DNA from: Gnetum montanum
Taxonomy: Eukaryota > Plantae > Gnetophyta
Assembly (NCBI GenBank): GCA_015680685.1
Contig: MNCI01002209.1
Location: 126,012-190,011, forward strand
Length of the DNA: 64,000 nucleotides
Reading direction: 5' to 3'
In this document: piece by piece, positions 1 through 13,900 of the stretch
Layout of the letters: every line of letters begins with the position of its first letter
Numbering within the stretch: position 1 is the stretch's first letter
Notes under the pieces: model-generated
Told to the model about the DNA's origin: nothing
Databases searched by the model: none
Seen by the model: the letters and a program-made list of their open reading frames with translations, nothing else
Position numbers and translations under genes: made by a program

Positions 1-509
1 AATTATTTACTATTTCCTTTAGTTAACATTTTCATTTATTGCTATTTACTATTCTTGTCATTAAGTAGAATGTGTATGCCTTAATCAAAAGCATTTAAGT
101 GTAGATACTTGGTAATCTAGTAGTGTATTGTTTGGCACACCCAGTGACATATGCTTGGAAATCCTAGAAGTAGTCTCATGAAGTCCAAGGCATATATGGA
201 CAATTAAGAGTAGGCACTCATTACACATAGGCTAGTTTAGATCTCATTTTCCATTATTCATTAGCTTAGTTAATTTATCTCTTTATCATCATTAGGAGTA
301 GCATAGAATTAGACAACATCATATGCCTCACTTTGGACTAAACCATACATGAAAAAGCTACTAGTAGTCCAAGTGGGAAGATAGTGAACTATGATGAAAG
401 CCTAACAATCTAAATGCCACAGCTAGTCCCATCCACGAAATTCGATCAGATCATGTGTGAACGCTTGTGATTCATATGGTTGAGCGTAGGGGTACCTTGT
501 CACTGATTA
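1..509 (+). mobile_element. 3' part of an Athila-type LTR (truncated by window start)
   Basis: Colinear similarity to the solo LTR at 55190-55633, e.g. gcatttaagtgt..tacttggta, gatcatgtgtgaacgct, taggggtacct..cact(g/c)at(t/c)a. No PBS follows, so it is a 3' or solo LTR. Confidence 0.8.
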
Positions 510-2059
510 TATATGTTAGGTAGGAAACTATAAGTTCATTGTGAGCTGTAGGAGGCTACAATCTACAACTGTAGGTTGTAGTTTGCTACAATTGGCTACT
601 TGAGGCTGAATTTCTTATGTTTCATCTTCTACATAGGAGTGTGAAACCGATATGAACTTTGGAGGCCATAGACATTAAGTGTGAGTTGTAAATTGGTCAT
701 AGTCATTAAATTGTGAGCTACTAGTCATTATAGTTTGGTCATAATTTTAGGAGAAATAATAATTAAAAAATGACATGGTTTACTAATTCAAAGAACTATA
801 AGCCACAATCCCAATGCAATTTGCAAGATGCAAGTTTCTATGATATGTAGGCACTTGTAGTCTCAAAAAAATTAAATTTTAATAGGCATGAATTTCAAGA
901 GATAGAATAAGAGTCACTTGAGGGTATATAAAGACTAGGGATGCTTTCAAAGTATTGAAGCCCTACCTACAATAGCATGAGGAGCTCTTAAGAGAAGAAA
1001 AAATGTCTTAATTATTAGGTGCCTTTGGGTTTGTTTACCTTGAGAATTTACCTTAAGGATTATGNTATACTAATGCATCTAGATCTAAGCCCATGCTATG
1101 TAGAGAAGGGGTTAGCCTAAGCTATAGAGACTAAATGCTCCCTAATAAGCCTACATATCCTCATGATGTCATTCACAAGAAATCAAGACTATGTAGTTTT
1201 ATAGGGTTTATGATTAAGATAACATGGAACCCAAGTGGATCTCCATACTCCTTTTAGAACCCATTCTTAAAGGGAAGCATCCTTTGAACCAACAAAAAGG
1301 CATACTCTCTAGACTCTCATTTGCTTGAAAGAACTAACATCTTTAGAGCTTAAGTGTTTATTCTTACAGTTTCAAAACATGAAGTGCTAAGTGAATATTA
1401 AGGGTATTAAATAACTTAAATCTCATTTGAAAATTGTAAACAAGAATGTTCAATAGCTAGGGTAATTAATCATAAAGCATGAATGTTAAATTTAACTTGA
1501 CATTAGATGCTCGTGCAACCTAGGATAAGGAAGAATATGCTTGTCTCATTTTCCAAGTTGTACCAACCTTTATACATATAGCAAAATCTATCTCTTTAAA
1601 TGTGATATTTTCCTCTATCCATTATATGAATACAAGGGTGTAGAGCCAATCCTAGCATCCAAGAATAGGTTATCACATATCTTGGGGAAACTAATGTTTG
1701 ATGCATAGTGGAATTGTAGCAATAGCACCAACAAAGATTTTTGGAACTTTAGCTTAGACATGACATCACATAAGAACTCTTTAATAGAGGGGGAACACAT
1801 CAATTCTCCATCCTTTAAACGTGATTTTCCCTCAAATCCACTATCATCATCCAACTTGTTTTACATTCTTCTTTTTTTTAATATAGGAAATACTATGACT
1901 CTCTTTAGAAACTTGGGGCCATTCCCTCCCCCTTGAGAGTATTGATGCATTTCTTTCCCTTTGAAAATTTGTTTGGGACATTTGTTTTCTTGAAAAATAT
2001 TTTTTCTTCCTTCTAAGGGATACTAAATAAGTTTTTTCTTCTCACTTGAAGACATAATA

Positions 2060-2290
2060 GAAATTTATGCTTCCTACCTGAAATCATAGCTAAAGAATAC
2101 ATGCTTCCTACTTGAAGTTGCATTAGAAAATATGTGCTTCTTGCTCATAATCATAATCAAGAACATGTGTTTCCTACTTGGAATCATGATAGAAAATGTG
2201 TGCTTCTTGCTTAAAGTTGCAGTAAAATGTGTATGCTTCATTATTGAAGTTACTATAAAGAATATGTGCTCCTTCCTTAGAGTCACTATT
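2060..2290. repeat. Degenerate 33-bp tandem repeat (~7 copies)
   Basis: Unit approx. agaaaatatgtgcttcytrcttgaagtyrcaat; produces 11-aa periodicity in overlapping ORFs (SKKHIFSNATS/SRKHVFFSYD). Confidence 0.75.
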
Positions 2291-3238
2291 ACCTATATAT
2301 ATGTGTGTACTATCTCTCTTTCTTTGGCACAAAATGTATGGGTAGAAAATTTGATTGTTCATCTTTTTTCAAGATGGTTAATCACAAAAACCCATTTGCT
2401 GTTTGCTATAATACTCAACAAAGTATCTAGAATTAGAAACAATTTTCATCAAGGTGATTAAGTACAAAATTTTGTTTCATCTACCATAGAAAAAAACCTT
2501 TTTGATATATTTTAATTGTTCTATTTTCTTCTATTTCTTTTCCCCTTTTAATCAGATGATTTTTTGTTTTCTAAAACCATGAGAACATCTAACAACCTAT
2601 ATTGACACATAATTAATCTTTCCTAGCATCCTCACAATTAGTTTTAAAGTAAACTATTAAAATAAGGTTTTTTATTGTAGTGGTTGTCCCACTTAACATG
2701 TGCTTGATTAAACCCATGACCTGTATTCATTGGAATATATCCTACATTGATTGAACTTATAACTCGTTGTGGTATAATTATTAAAATACAGTTGTGACTG
2801 ATGGAATGTTCATGTCATAGGCATTGCCAATATTTTATCCTAATGATGCAAGTAATGTTTCGAAGGGTAACCATTCTAAGCCTTTAAAACATCTATGGAA
2901 GTCAACTACCACTCAACTTTTTCATCAAAAAGTAGTTTGTGATGGTAATGCACATGAAAATTCATATGCAATTAAAAAGTCTTTTGCTTTTGTCTCAATA
3001 GCAGGACAATCATTAAGTGAGAATGGTTAACCATAGAAAGGGCATGAAGTTTATGTGCATTCTAGTGTATGAATGAGACTAATGTGAATCATCTAACAAG
3101 CCTATATAAACTTCATGCGCATTGTTGGTAACTAGTATGAATAACGAAAATTATTCATAAGCTTACAAATGGTAATACTCATAACCCTTTTATTAAGTTC
3201 TTAATACTCTTGTATCATGAATACATCCAAAATTATTT

Positions 3239-4999
3239 TGTTGGCACATTTTTACCATTTCATGGAACAGGTGGACTTATTTGCAAATGGTGAGGTACAG
3301 AATCCTAATGAACTGAAATTGTTCAAGGAGGATTATGGTCTTTCTTGTAAAGAATTCTGCAACAGTTAATTNNNNNNNNNNNNNNNNNNNNNNNNNNNNN
3401 NNNNNNNNNNNNNNNNNNNNNNNNNNNNNNNNNNNNNNNNNNNNNNNNNNNNNNNNNNNNNNNNNNNNNNNNNNNNNNNNNNNNNNNNNNNNNNNNNNNN
3501 NNNNNNNNNNNNNNNNNNNNNNNNNNNNNNNNNNNNNNNNNNNNNNNNNNNNNNNNNNNNNNNNNNNNNNNNNNNNNNNNNNNNNNNNNNNNNNNNNNNN
3601 NNNNNNNNNNNNNNNNNNNNNNNNNNNNNNNNNNNNNNNNNNNNNNNNNNNNNNNNNNNNNNNNNNNNNNNNNNNNNNNNNNNNNNNNNNNNNNNNNNNN
3701 NNNNNNNNNNNNNNNNNNNNNNNNNNNNNNNNNNNNNNNNNNNNNNNNNNNNNNNNNNNNNNNNNNNNNNNNNNNNNNNNNNNNNNNNNNNNNNNNNNNN
3801 NNNNNNNNNNNNNNNNNNNNNNNNNNNNNNNNNNNNNNNNNNNNNNNNNNNNNNNNNNNNNNNNNNNNNNNNNNNNNNNNNNNNNNNNNNNNNNNNNNNN
3901 NNNNNNNNNNNNNNNNNNNNNNNNNNNNNNNNNNNNNNNNNNNNNNNNNNNNNNNNNNNNNNNNNNNNNNNNNNNNNNNNNNNNNNNNNNNNNNNNNNNN
4001 NNNNNNNNNNNNNNNNNNNNNNNNNNNNNNNNNNNNNNNNNNNNNNNNNNNNNNNNNNNNNNNNNNNNNNNNNNNNNNNNNNNNNNNNNNNNNNNNNNNN
4101 NNNNNNNNNNNNNNNNNNNNNNNNNNNNNNNNNNNNNNNNNNNNNNNNNNNNNNNNNNNNNNNNNNNNNNNNNNNNNNNNNNNNNNNTGGCAAATGAATG
4201 AAGACACTTGGACACTGAATGAAGACACTTGGCAACTGCATGAAGACACTTGGCAACTACATGAAGACACTTGGCAACTGAATGAAGACACTTGGCCATG
4301 GAATAGGACACTTGTCCATTGTAGCTTTTTTATCTCTATGGTGGTTACAACCACCCAAAATTGTTGTAACTTACCTAACTTGTTGACCAAGTAACCTCCT
4401 AACTTGTTGGGCAAGTAATCTCCTAATTGGTTGGCCAAGTTACTTAGGAGAGAAGTTAGGTGAGATATTTTTAATATGTAACTTCCCTACCTACCTTTGA
4501 ATCCTATAAAAAGGCTTCAGGGGTCAAGGAAGGAACATCACTTGAAATCATCAACACACTTGGAGTCTTAGAAGATTTGTAAAGAAGATTTCTTGGAAGA
4601 TGACTTGCTAGAATAAAGATTTCAGCCTCTTTGTCATGGTCNNNNNNNNNNNNNNNNNNNNNNNNNNNNNNNNNNNNNNNNNNNNNNNNNNNNNNNNNNN
4701 NNNNNNNNNNNNNNNNNNNNNNNNNNNNNNNNNNNNNNNNNNNNNNNNNNNNNNNNNNNNNNNNNNNNNNNNNNNNNNNNNNNNNNNNNNNNNNNNNNNN
4801 NNNNNNNNNNNNNNNNNNNNNNNNNNNNCAATCGTTACATTTCTCACAACCGCACGCTGCAACAGCACACACACATACTCACATTAACTACTGAGTTTAT
4901 TTGGAGGTATCTGGGCCTTGGTGTTGCCAGAGACCAGCAGGCACCTAAATCCTGTTCAAGGACACTCGTTGGCGGTCGCGTCCCAAACGGTCGCCAACA
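3239..4999 (+). mobile_element. Solo LTR (family unassigned), contains two N gaps
   Basis: Termini TGTTGGC...GCCAACA, perfect TSD tattt (3234-3238 / 5000-5004), TATA-like cctataaaaagg near 4503. Host LTR rejoins across it. Confidence 0.85.
4189..4296 (+). repeat. 21-bp tandem repeat (tggcaactgmatgaagacact) in solo LTR
   Basis: Five visible copies running into the 3372-4187 N gap; a ~24-bp repeat (aagtaacctcctaacttgttgg) follows at ~4367-4440. Confidence 0.9.
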
Positions 5000-5412
5000 T
5001 ATTTGTAACACTAAGGATGACATTTTAAGAATAATCTCTAATTGTTACCAAACACTCCCATTATCCTATAAACTTATGATAAACAAATTTCTAGTTGTAA
5101 CACCTTGAACCAAATTAAACCATTAAGAACTTTATGGAACTTAATAAAAACTCAATTTAGAAAGTTATATGAGATGAAACCATCATTGTCACTAATTGTG
5201 CTAATTGACCCTTACAAATCTACGAAAATCATGCAATTGATAGGAGCTTAAGGATGTTAAGAAATGACCAAATATTTATGGCAAGGTGTTAAGAAGCATA
5301 TACAAAGGGGTTTAGAAAATTACAAAAATTAAAAAAAATTGTAGGGTCCTAACAGTTATCATTTCATGCTAAAGAATCAGAGAATATATAATGTCATAGA
5401 CACACACTAGCA

Positions 5413-8218
5413 TAGAATTGCAAGATACCAACTTACAAGACACAAATAATTATGGACAACAAACACAAAGAACTAGAATGAAGGAAAATTTGGCTAACAA
5501 TTATACAACACATACATGTACTAATAGAAATCTCTAATAAATGCTACAAATATAGAAATTTTATAAGATGGATCAAGAACTTTAAAGAAATACATACAAA
5601 GAGGTTGGAGGTTCTCACAAAGCAAGTTTATACATAGATTTTCTTGATGCTCGATTCTCCTATAAAGCCTTCACCTTAATTTGTAGACCAAAAAGAAAAA
5701 AAATAAAAGAATGAATTGAATGTAGTTGATTAGTGTAGGAACTTTGTTATGATTCATATGTATGCTACCATGTGAAGTCTCTTGACAATGTCAACCTTAC
5801 CATTTTGGAAAGAACAATATATTAAAATTATGATGTGTTTCATATTCTTCGGTAAATGTCCATGTTAGTGCTCCTCTTGGTAAAGTCCAACTTGTCCTCT
5901 AATTGGTAAAATATCATGGATTAGGTTTCCTTGGGCATAAACTTCCTCTTAACCACAACTCTTCTCGTTGTAAGGAATTTCTTGATTGTTGCATTCCTTC
6001 TTTATTTCATAAGCTAAATGATTTTTTCTCCTCACACCAGCTACTTGGGAAATATTGTTCTCATAAACTTACCTCTACATATGGAGATGGTTGTTAATGA
6101 TGAATATTAGTAAGCATTCTACGTAGGAAAATGAGTTTTATTCCATCTTGCAAGCCTTAAGATGTTAGATACATTACCTACTTCAAAAGGAGTTTGTATT
6201 GTTTATGAGTTATAAAGCTTTATAGTTTATTCAAAAGCAACCAAAGTGCCAAGCATATTAAGTGTATGGAGCAGTTCCATGAGTATAACTTTGTAGTCAA
6301 GCATAAGAAAGGTTCACAAAACAAAGTTTTTGATCCATTAAGTAGACATGCATTTTTGGTGAGTACATTTTCAATGGAAGAATTAAAGTCATAAAAATTT
6401 TATAATGAAGATCTTGATTTTGGTAAAGTTTGGAAGAAAATCCAAAAAAGGTCTACAATAGTCTAAAAATGATTATGGGGTTCGTAATCATTTGATGTAT
6501 AAAGATTAGAAATTGTGCATTTCAAAAGGTAACCTTCATGATAAGTTGATTTATGAAGCATATAGTAATAGAATTTTAGCTCATGTTGGCTAGAAGAGAA
6601 GCATAGAAAGGTTACAAAGATATTTTTATTATCCAGAGATGAAGATGAAATGAGGAAATATATTGAAGGATGCTCCATATGTCAACATACCAAAGGGATA
6701 GCCACAAATGCTGGTTTGTACAAGTTGTTACTAGTTTTGGAACAATCATGGAAGGACATTAGTCTTGATTTTGTTTTTGGCATTCTATGGAGTCAAAATG
6801 GAATGATTGTATTTTGATTGTTGTAGATAGATTTTCAAAGATTTCTAATTTTATTCCTTATCATATGATCCATTATAGCAAGAAAGTAGTAGAATTCTTC
6901 TTTCATGAGTTGGTGAAGCTACACAAGAGTTTAGAAATCATCCTAAGTGATCAAGATATTAAGTTTGTAAGTTTATTTTAGTAAAATTTATTAAAGTGTG
7001 TTGGCTATAGATTATGATTTAGTTTTTCCTATCATCCCCAAACAAATGAGTAAATAGGAGTCATAAATAAAAGCCTAGGAAATTTTTACATTTACTATGT
7101 GAAATTTTTTTTGGATGATGCAAAAAAAAGATTTCACAAGATAAATTTGCATATAATAAATCTATGTGTCATAGTACCAGGGAGATGCATTCAAAGTTAT
7201 TTACAGTAAACATCCTTAAGTTATGGAAGCATTGGTAGCAATACCTAATGAATTCGTAAGGGATTTGACACAATTCCAAGAGAATGTTCAAAAGTAGATT
7301 CAAATAAATAATTTGAAATACAAAGAACAAGATAATAAACTTCATAAGTAGATAGAATTTCAAGAAGGAGATCAAGTCTTTGTTCATGTTAGTAAAGGAG
7401 TGTAGCAACCAAAATTTTTCAAGCTACAGGTAAGAAAGATCAAGTAATTTTGGATTAGGAAGAAGATTTCTACAAATGCTTATGAGATAGACATACTAGT
7501 GTACTTTAAATTTTCATCCATTTTCAATGTTACTAATATTCATCATTGGCAACCATCTCTATATGTAGAGGTAAGTTTATGAGAACAAGATTTTCCATGC
7601 ATATGAGAGCAAGAATCATTTTTCTTATGAAATAAAGAAGGAATGAAATAATCAATCAATTCCTAACAACCATAAGAGTTTTGGTTAAGAGGAAGTTTAT
7701 GCCCAAGGAAACCTAATCCATGATGTTTCACCAATTATAGGACAAGCTGGACTTTACCAAGAGGAGCCCTGACATGGACATTTGCTGAAGACTATGAAAC
7801 ACATAATAATTTTAATATATTTTTCTTTCCAAAATGATAGGGTTGACATTGTCAAGAGACTTCACATGGTAGCATACATATGAATCATAATGAAGTTCCT
7901 ACACTAATCAACTACATTCAATTCATTCTTTCATTTTCTTATCTACAAATTAAGTTGAAGGTTTTATAGGAGAATTGAGCATTAAGCAAATCTATGTGTA
8001 AACTTGCTTTGCGAGAACATCCAACCTCTTTGTATGTATTTCTTTAAAGTGCTTGATCCATCTTATAAAATTTCTATATTTGTAGCATTTCTTAGTAATT
8101 TCTATTAGTACATGTATGTGTTGTATAAGCATTAGTCAAACTTGCCTTCATTCTAGTTCTTTGTGTTTGTTATCCATAATTATTTGTGTGTCTTGTAAGT
8201 TGGTATCTTGCAATTCTA
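5413..8218. repeat. ~700-bp inverted repeat (arms 5413-6113 and 7530-8218) around a 1.4-kb inverted block
   Basis: tagaattgcaagataccaacttacaagacac (5413) is the reverse complement of gtgtcttgtaagttggtatcttgcaattcta (to 8218). Alignment continues to gaatattagtaa (6113) / ttactaatattc (7530). Confidence 0.9.
6120..7769 (+). pseudogene. Inverted RNaseH-integrase-chromodomain-like fragment of element A
   Basis: Decayed motifs: DISLDFVFG, ILIVVDRFSKISNFIP, ELVKLH..IILSDQDIKFVS, YHPQTNE, AYEID, IFNV, VLVKRK. Ends at PPT aagaggag then TGACA (7770). Confidence 0.8.
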
Positions 8219-8219
8219 C

Positions 8220-9169
8220 CATCTCATCTTGAATTTATGTTTCCTTTACAAAACTAGAATTTCATCTTAAATCCAGTTGTGGAATCCTCATCTTCCATGT
8301 AAACTAGAATTTCTACCACCTCCACTTGAATTTATGTTTCCTTTACAAAAGCTAAAACTACCTCTACTACGTTGCACTTTGAAACTTCATTCATTTATTC
8401 TTTACTTCTTTTAAAGCTTTCAAGTAAACTGATATGCCTCCTCAATTGTAAGAGGATTCATCATGGTCATTTTTATCTTGTATGATCATTCAAGCCCACC
8501 AATATATCTGGTAGCTTGATCCTCTATATTCTTCATAATTTCTACATGAATTATAAGCCTATGAAGTTCTTCTATATAATCCTTGACAAAATTCTCACCT
8601 TGCTTCAAACCTTGGAGTTGCAAGTATGTGTCCCTTCTATAGTTAATAGGTAGAAACTTTTCCTTAAGTTTTCTTATGATCTTTATCTCAACTCTTGATT
8701 ATTTACTTTTTCTTCCATCTCTTCTTGGTCTATATCTTTTCCCACCAAGTTTTAGCTAATCCTGTAAGCTTTGTCATGGTAATCTAAAGCTTATGAGCAT
8801 GTTTGATAGCCTCCAATTCAAAATAAGTCTCTATCTACTAGATCTAGTCCAACAAACTATCCAAGTCCATTTGACCATAAAAATAAGGAATTTGAATAGA
8901 AAAATTTTCCAATTTATGAGAGTTCCTTCAATATTCTTTTCTTGTGATCATCCAAGGTTTTTCATCCTACTTATTTTATTCTACCTCTTCTCTCATATCT
9001 TTAGATCTAGCCTCACTACCTTTGGCCTTGGTTTTGGTTTTATGATGTTCTTGATGTTATTATTGGATAAGTTCTAGTGCATCACCCTTTGTAAAATTTC
9101 CATCACATTTGTGACATTTACAAAAATTTTCCTCTACCCATGCCTAATACTAACTCTTCTTTATGGCAT
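8220..9169 (-). pseudogene. gag of element A (truncated)
   Basis: Minus strand reads DTYLQLQGLKQGENFVKDYIEELHRL, a retrotransposon gag motif, directly downstream of the PBS. Confidence 0.75.
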
Positions 9170-9191
9170 TTTAGAAAATCATAAACTTTAT

Positions 9192-9203
9192 GCTCTAATA
9201 CTA
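9192..9203 (-). promoter_or_regulatory. Degenerate tRNA-iMet PBS of element A
   Basis: gctctaatacta is the reverse complement of a mutated TGGTATCAGAGC, 3 bp from the LTR end at 9207. Confidence 0.7.
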
Positions 9204-9206
9204 AGT

Positions 9207-9417
9207 TCATGCAAGTTACATTATGAGCCTATATAAACTTCATGTGCACTCATGTACTATTAGCAACTCATACAAACAAAGAAAATTATTTATAAGCTTA
9301 CAAATGTTGATATCCACTACAATTTTCTTAAGTTCATAAGTTATTAACATAAGAATTTTATTAAGTTCTTAACACTCATGTGCTATGAATTTTCCAAGAA
9401 TTATTTGTAATACTAAT
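9207..9417 (-). repeat. 5' LTR of element A, inner part (continues at 50177-50983)
   Basis: Aligns to 3080-3238; the join ttatttgtaatactaa|gtatga matches tatttgtaacactaaggatga at 5000. Confidence 0.75.
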
Positions 9418-9701
9418 TATTAGAATTTTTCAAGTTTACAGTACTAAAATGTTTCAATTTTTAGCATTATTTCTAATGGTGTTGTAATGGCAATAATATT
9501 GTTTTGTAAAATTTTTTATGCTTGATATTCTCTCTATGTAAAGTTTCCCATCCCCATTTCTACATTCTTTAGATGGTTTGCATTCAACCTCTACTCAAGA
9601 ATTGTATAAGTATGCATACTATGTAAACCTAAAAAAGAAAATATGCAATAATTGTCTTCTACCTAATTATATTTTCTTTTCATTGCTTTCCATTTGTAAC
9701 A
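9418..9701 (+). repeat. 5' LTR of element B
   Basis: Aligns end to end with 49888-50171; followed by Met PBS. Confidence 0.85.
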
Positions 9702-10093
9702 TGGTATCGGAGCATGATTCTTTAATTTTTTTAGTTTGTAGAATCACTCTGCTAGTGTGTGATCATTTAATTGTTGTAAGGACATTTTCATAATGGTGTC
9801 TTTTCAAGATTGAAGACATGTACAACTCCTTTGTAAAAATTGTGGATGGACAAACCACACCATTAAAAAATGTTACAAGCTTCATGGATATACTACTAAG
9901 CACAAAAGAGGATACTTTTCTATGAATGAAAATTTGGTTAGAGGGCATGATAGTAAGAAAGTTTCGTTATTCTCTCAGACAAAAGAGAAGTACAAGAAAC
10001 TTATTTCATATTGAACAATAACTAACATGCTACAAATTAAGTAGATACCTTACAAACAGAAATAAATTCCTCATGTACTTCTCTCTGCTTAGT

Positions 10094-10799
10094 TGATAAA
10101 AACCTATTCTTGATGAGCCACCATATCATATCTATGATATCACATCTACGACATCGCATCTCTACATATGTCACCATTGATGTGGTGTATTGAATCTTGT
10201 TCACCCCTATAAATACCAACACTTGGTCACACCAATGGATAACTTTTATTCCACCCTTAGTGAAAATATTGTAGTTTGTTTTTGTAGTTTACACTTAGTG
10301 ATAAAGTCAATGCCTATAGTGTGGTGTTGAACAACTGAATAGAATCTTTATTTGAGTGGATTGTACTTAAGCATAGTTTATGAATGATAATAAAATCTAG
10401 ATTAATTTTCATCATTGGAGCATCCACTTAATTCTTTGTTTTTTTAGCTAATTCCTATACTTAGTTTAACTTTCATTTCTTTAATATGCTTACTTTCATT
10501 CTTTATATTTTTCACTTAGAATTACATTTGTGTTGTCACTTAGTCTTAGATTTTATTCTCACTTTCACTCTATTTTCACTTAAGAGTAACATGAGCAAAC
10601 AACATCAAGATATCATATGTCTTACTTAGAGTTAAACCATACACTTACACTTCATTAACTCAAAGTGGAAAGATAACGATCACAAACTAATTATCAATGT
10701 CTATTATACTTACATTATCCATCCATGGATAATAATCTGGTCATGTGTGTGCACTCGTGACTTGTATGGTAGAGTGTTGGGATATCCATTTATTCATCA
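10094..10799 (+). repeat. 5' LTR of Athila C
   Basis: Aligns to 46310-47222 but lacks a ~200-bp block present in the 3' LTR (~46740-46940); TATA cctataaatacc near 10206. Confidence 0.85.
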
Positions 10800-10952
10800 T
10801 TGGCACCATTATTAGGAATGTGTCAATGTTTGCTTAGTAGTTGATCTTATAGAGTTCGTTGTATTAAGAGTCAAAAAATTTATCTTCCATATCTTTAATT
10901 ATTCTTTTTAACACACACACATACACACACTTAAGAGCATCAAACATATAAC

Positions 10953-13900
10953 ATGGCTTCTACACTTAAGGAAAAGTCACCACCTACCAAAGAAACTTAT
11001 AAGAGTCATGACAAGGAATATGATGAAGAAGATTGAAATGAGCCCATGAAAACTAGAATTTCATATGCTCATAAAGATCCATATTATCTTAATTTCACAT
11101 TTATCTTCCATTGGGACAAAAAATTAAGATGGAGAGATTTGTAGGGCAACATAGTTTTGCCTCTTGAATGTTTAGCACTATCAATGCTACACACAACCTT
11201 AATGAGGTTAAACCTTGACCATGCACAAGAAGGATATCATGTTACTAAATACATGAATAGGCCATAGCAACCAATAGAAGCAAAATTAAGAAGGGATGCT
11301 ACCATGGAGACAAGACATTGAACAACAAATGAAAGAAAGTAGCTCATAATGTTATTCTGGAAGAAATAAATGATAATACATTCCTACTAGAAAAGCTCCA
11401 CCAAACTCATGAATACAATTCATAGATGTGTATCATTCATCTAGAGGAACCTATGAAAATATAATTGCATTCTTTCCTTGTGAAAACACTTGAGAGAGAT
11501 GCAGAAGACTCCAAACCTAGACAGAGCTCTAGAGTGTTTGTAGAATCATAAGAGAATGAATCATGAAGTCATAGAAGGAGAACTAGCCATCACTATTCTC
11601 CAACTACTTCATCTTTCTCCTCATCATCATCAATGTAATCTAAAAAGAGGGAATAAAGATCCAAAGTCAATGATAGGGGAAGATGTAGGGATCATAAGAG
11701 ACATGAATATCGAGAAGGTATCTTGATGATGAAGAAGATGATTATAAACAACAAAGAGATAGGATCAAGCATGAAGAAAGAGAATGCTACTATGAGAATC
11801 AAAGAGGTTACAACTAAAATAGAGTCTAAGAATGTAAAGATCATGAAGAATCCCTATTGGCCACTTGCATCATGATTGACATTAGAGCAGTAGTGTATAT
11901 CTCTACTAGGCACGTAAGGGATAGTCACATTAAGTGACTAGACATGAATAACATTTCCAAATTTAAAGGTGGATATAATGTGGATCCACAACATCATCTT
12001 CAAGAATTTCATGATGCCTATGCCATTTAGAATATCAAGAATGATTGGTAGAAGTTAAATTTATTTCCTATAACATTCATCAAGGAAGAAGAGAGTTGGT
12101 ATCGATTCTTACAACTAGAATTGATTTAAAGATGGAGTACCATGTTATAAAATTTTAATGATATGTATGAAACCTATTTAAAAATGTCTAATTTAAGGAA
12201 AAAAATCCAAGGATCAAAGCATGGGACACATGAATCCCTTGACATGGCAATGGACAAACATTATTCTCTACCACATAGAAGCATGAGCCATGGATTTTCA
12301 CAAAGGAAAACACTGAGGAATATTATTCATGGGTTAAGGAACAAAGCTAGAGAAACTCTTGGGGTATATGCTCAAGGTAGATTATAAAAAATGATAGTCC
12401 ATCAAATTCAAAGATTAATAAACTAGATGGTCAAAAAAGAAGGAGAATTGAAGAAGAGGAAATTAGCTAAAGAATACAACTGAGATTCAACAATAAGGAA
12501 AAGAGATGTTAGAATGTGCAATAGACAAGAAAATGAAAATTTGGAGATGTCATTCAAAAGAAGACTCTACCTATCTAGAAATTGGTCAATGACATTACAA
12601 AAATTATAGAGAAAATGTGGAACTTAGTAGATGAGAAATTCACTCATACACTTAAGCTAGTAGAGGAAAAAATTGAACAAGGCCTAAACAAGAATAAGGA
12701 AAAGATAAAAAGAAGAGATAATAGGTAAAAGAATTACAAACATAAAGGAAAAGTTACTATAGTTGAGAAATTAGCAAAATTTAGTTTGGAAGATGAAAAA
12801 GAATGCAAAGTGTACTAGTATGAACATCTTAAGGAATGTTTCCTTGTCATGGCTCACCTACAAGAGTTTGGGGCAAATGTGCTCAATCCAAAATTTGTTA
12901 AGAAAAAAATGCCAATACAACTACCTTATCCACAAGGTAACTTTCAACAACCTTTTCAACTGTTATACTATGCAAGTAGAGCTGATCATCAACCACAAGA
13001 GTAATACCAGTAGTGGTGGCAATAACCACATGCATGGGGAATACCACCACAGAGGTAACAATATTCATATAGGTAACTCAACCCTTATGGGTATTATGTT
13101 TAATGTCCAATCCCTTTGGGAAATGTTTCAATCCATCCTCTCACTACTATCCACCAGAGTATTATAGGTCCACTACTCCAAGAATGAATCCAAATCCTTA
13201 CACACATCAAATAATAATTGGATCATCAATTCAGCCTCCTAATTCTATACCATCAATGCCATCACCAAATATGCAAGGAGAACTACCAACACAACCATAG
13301 CAAAAGAATGCTATCAAGGTATTAAATAAACAAGAGAATGTGATCATGAATGATCTTAGATCTAGGAAATTTCCATTTTTAGAACAAGTCCAAAAAGGTT
13401 CAAAGGATGAAAATTTCACCTACTTTCACCCCATCCATGCATACTCCTCAAGGAAATAGATCTTACTATCCATGCATACTCCTAATTTCACCTACTATCA
13501 TGCTTACTCAAGCTATCATACACTAGATGAAGGCAAGAGAACTTTCCAAGAAGAGAATAGATCTTGAAAGTTCCTTATTATATCTCCAAATAGTAGGTAA
13601 TAAATCATGCAAAGATCCATGCAAAGCTCTACTAGGTTCTGGGTCAGGAGTAAACTTGATTTCATAAGATATGTACAAATCTTGGAATCTTCCTCCACTA
13701 AAGAAGAGCAACATCTAATTAAAGCTTGTAAACTAGTCAATCACTATTCCATTGGTTAAGTGGAAAATGTTGTTACCATCATAAGTGATTGGTTTTATTT
13801 TGATGACTTCTTAGTAATACATGTGGTTAAAAATAGGGGAGAATTCTCTATAATTATGGGAAGAGCATGGCTGAGCATTATAGATGCTAAGCTAGGCATT

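Larger units (their letters stand above)
3080..5867 (-). repeat. 3' LTR of element A, interrupted by solo LTR 3239-4999
   Basis: 3080-3238 plus 5005-5867 align with 9207-9417 plus 50177-50983, e.g. cctatataaacttcatg and cattaagaactttatggaacttaat. Confidence 0.8.

Noticed and set aside
510-3079. Possible further retroelement or gene fragment (ORFs 1615-1854, 2824-3030)
   Set aside because: Probably old repeat DNA, but I could not recognise diagnostic motifs or termini.
3277-4894. Long ORFs of up to 371 aa
   Set aside because: They run through N gaps and a 21-bp tandem repeat; artefacts.
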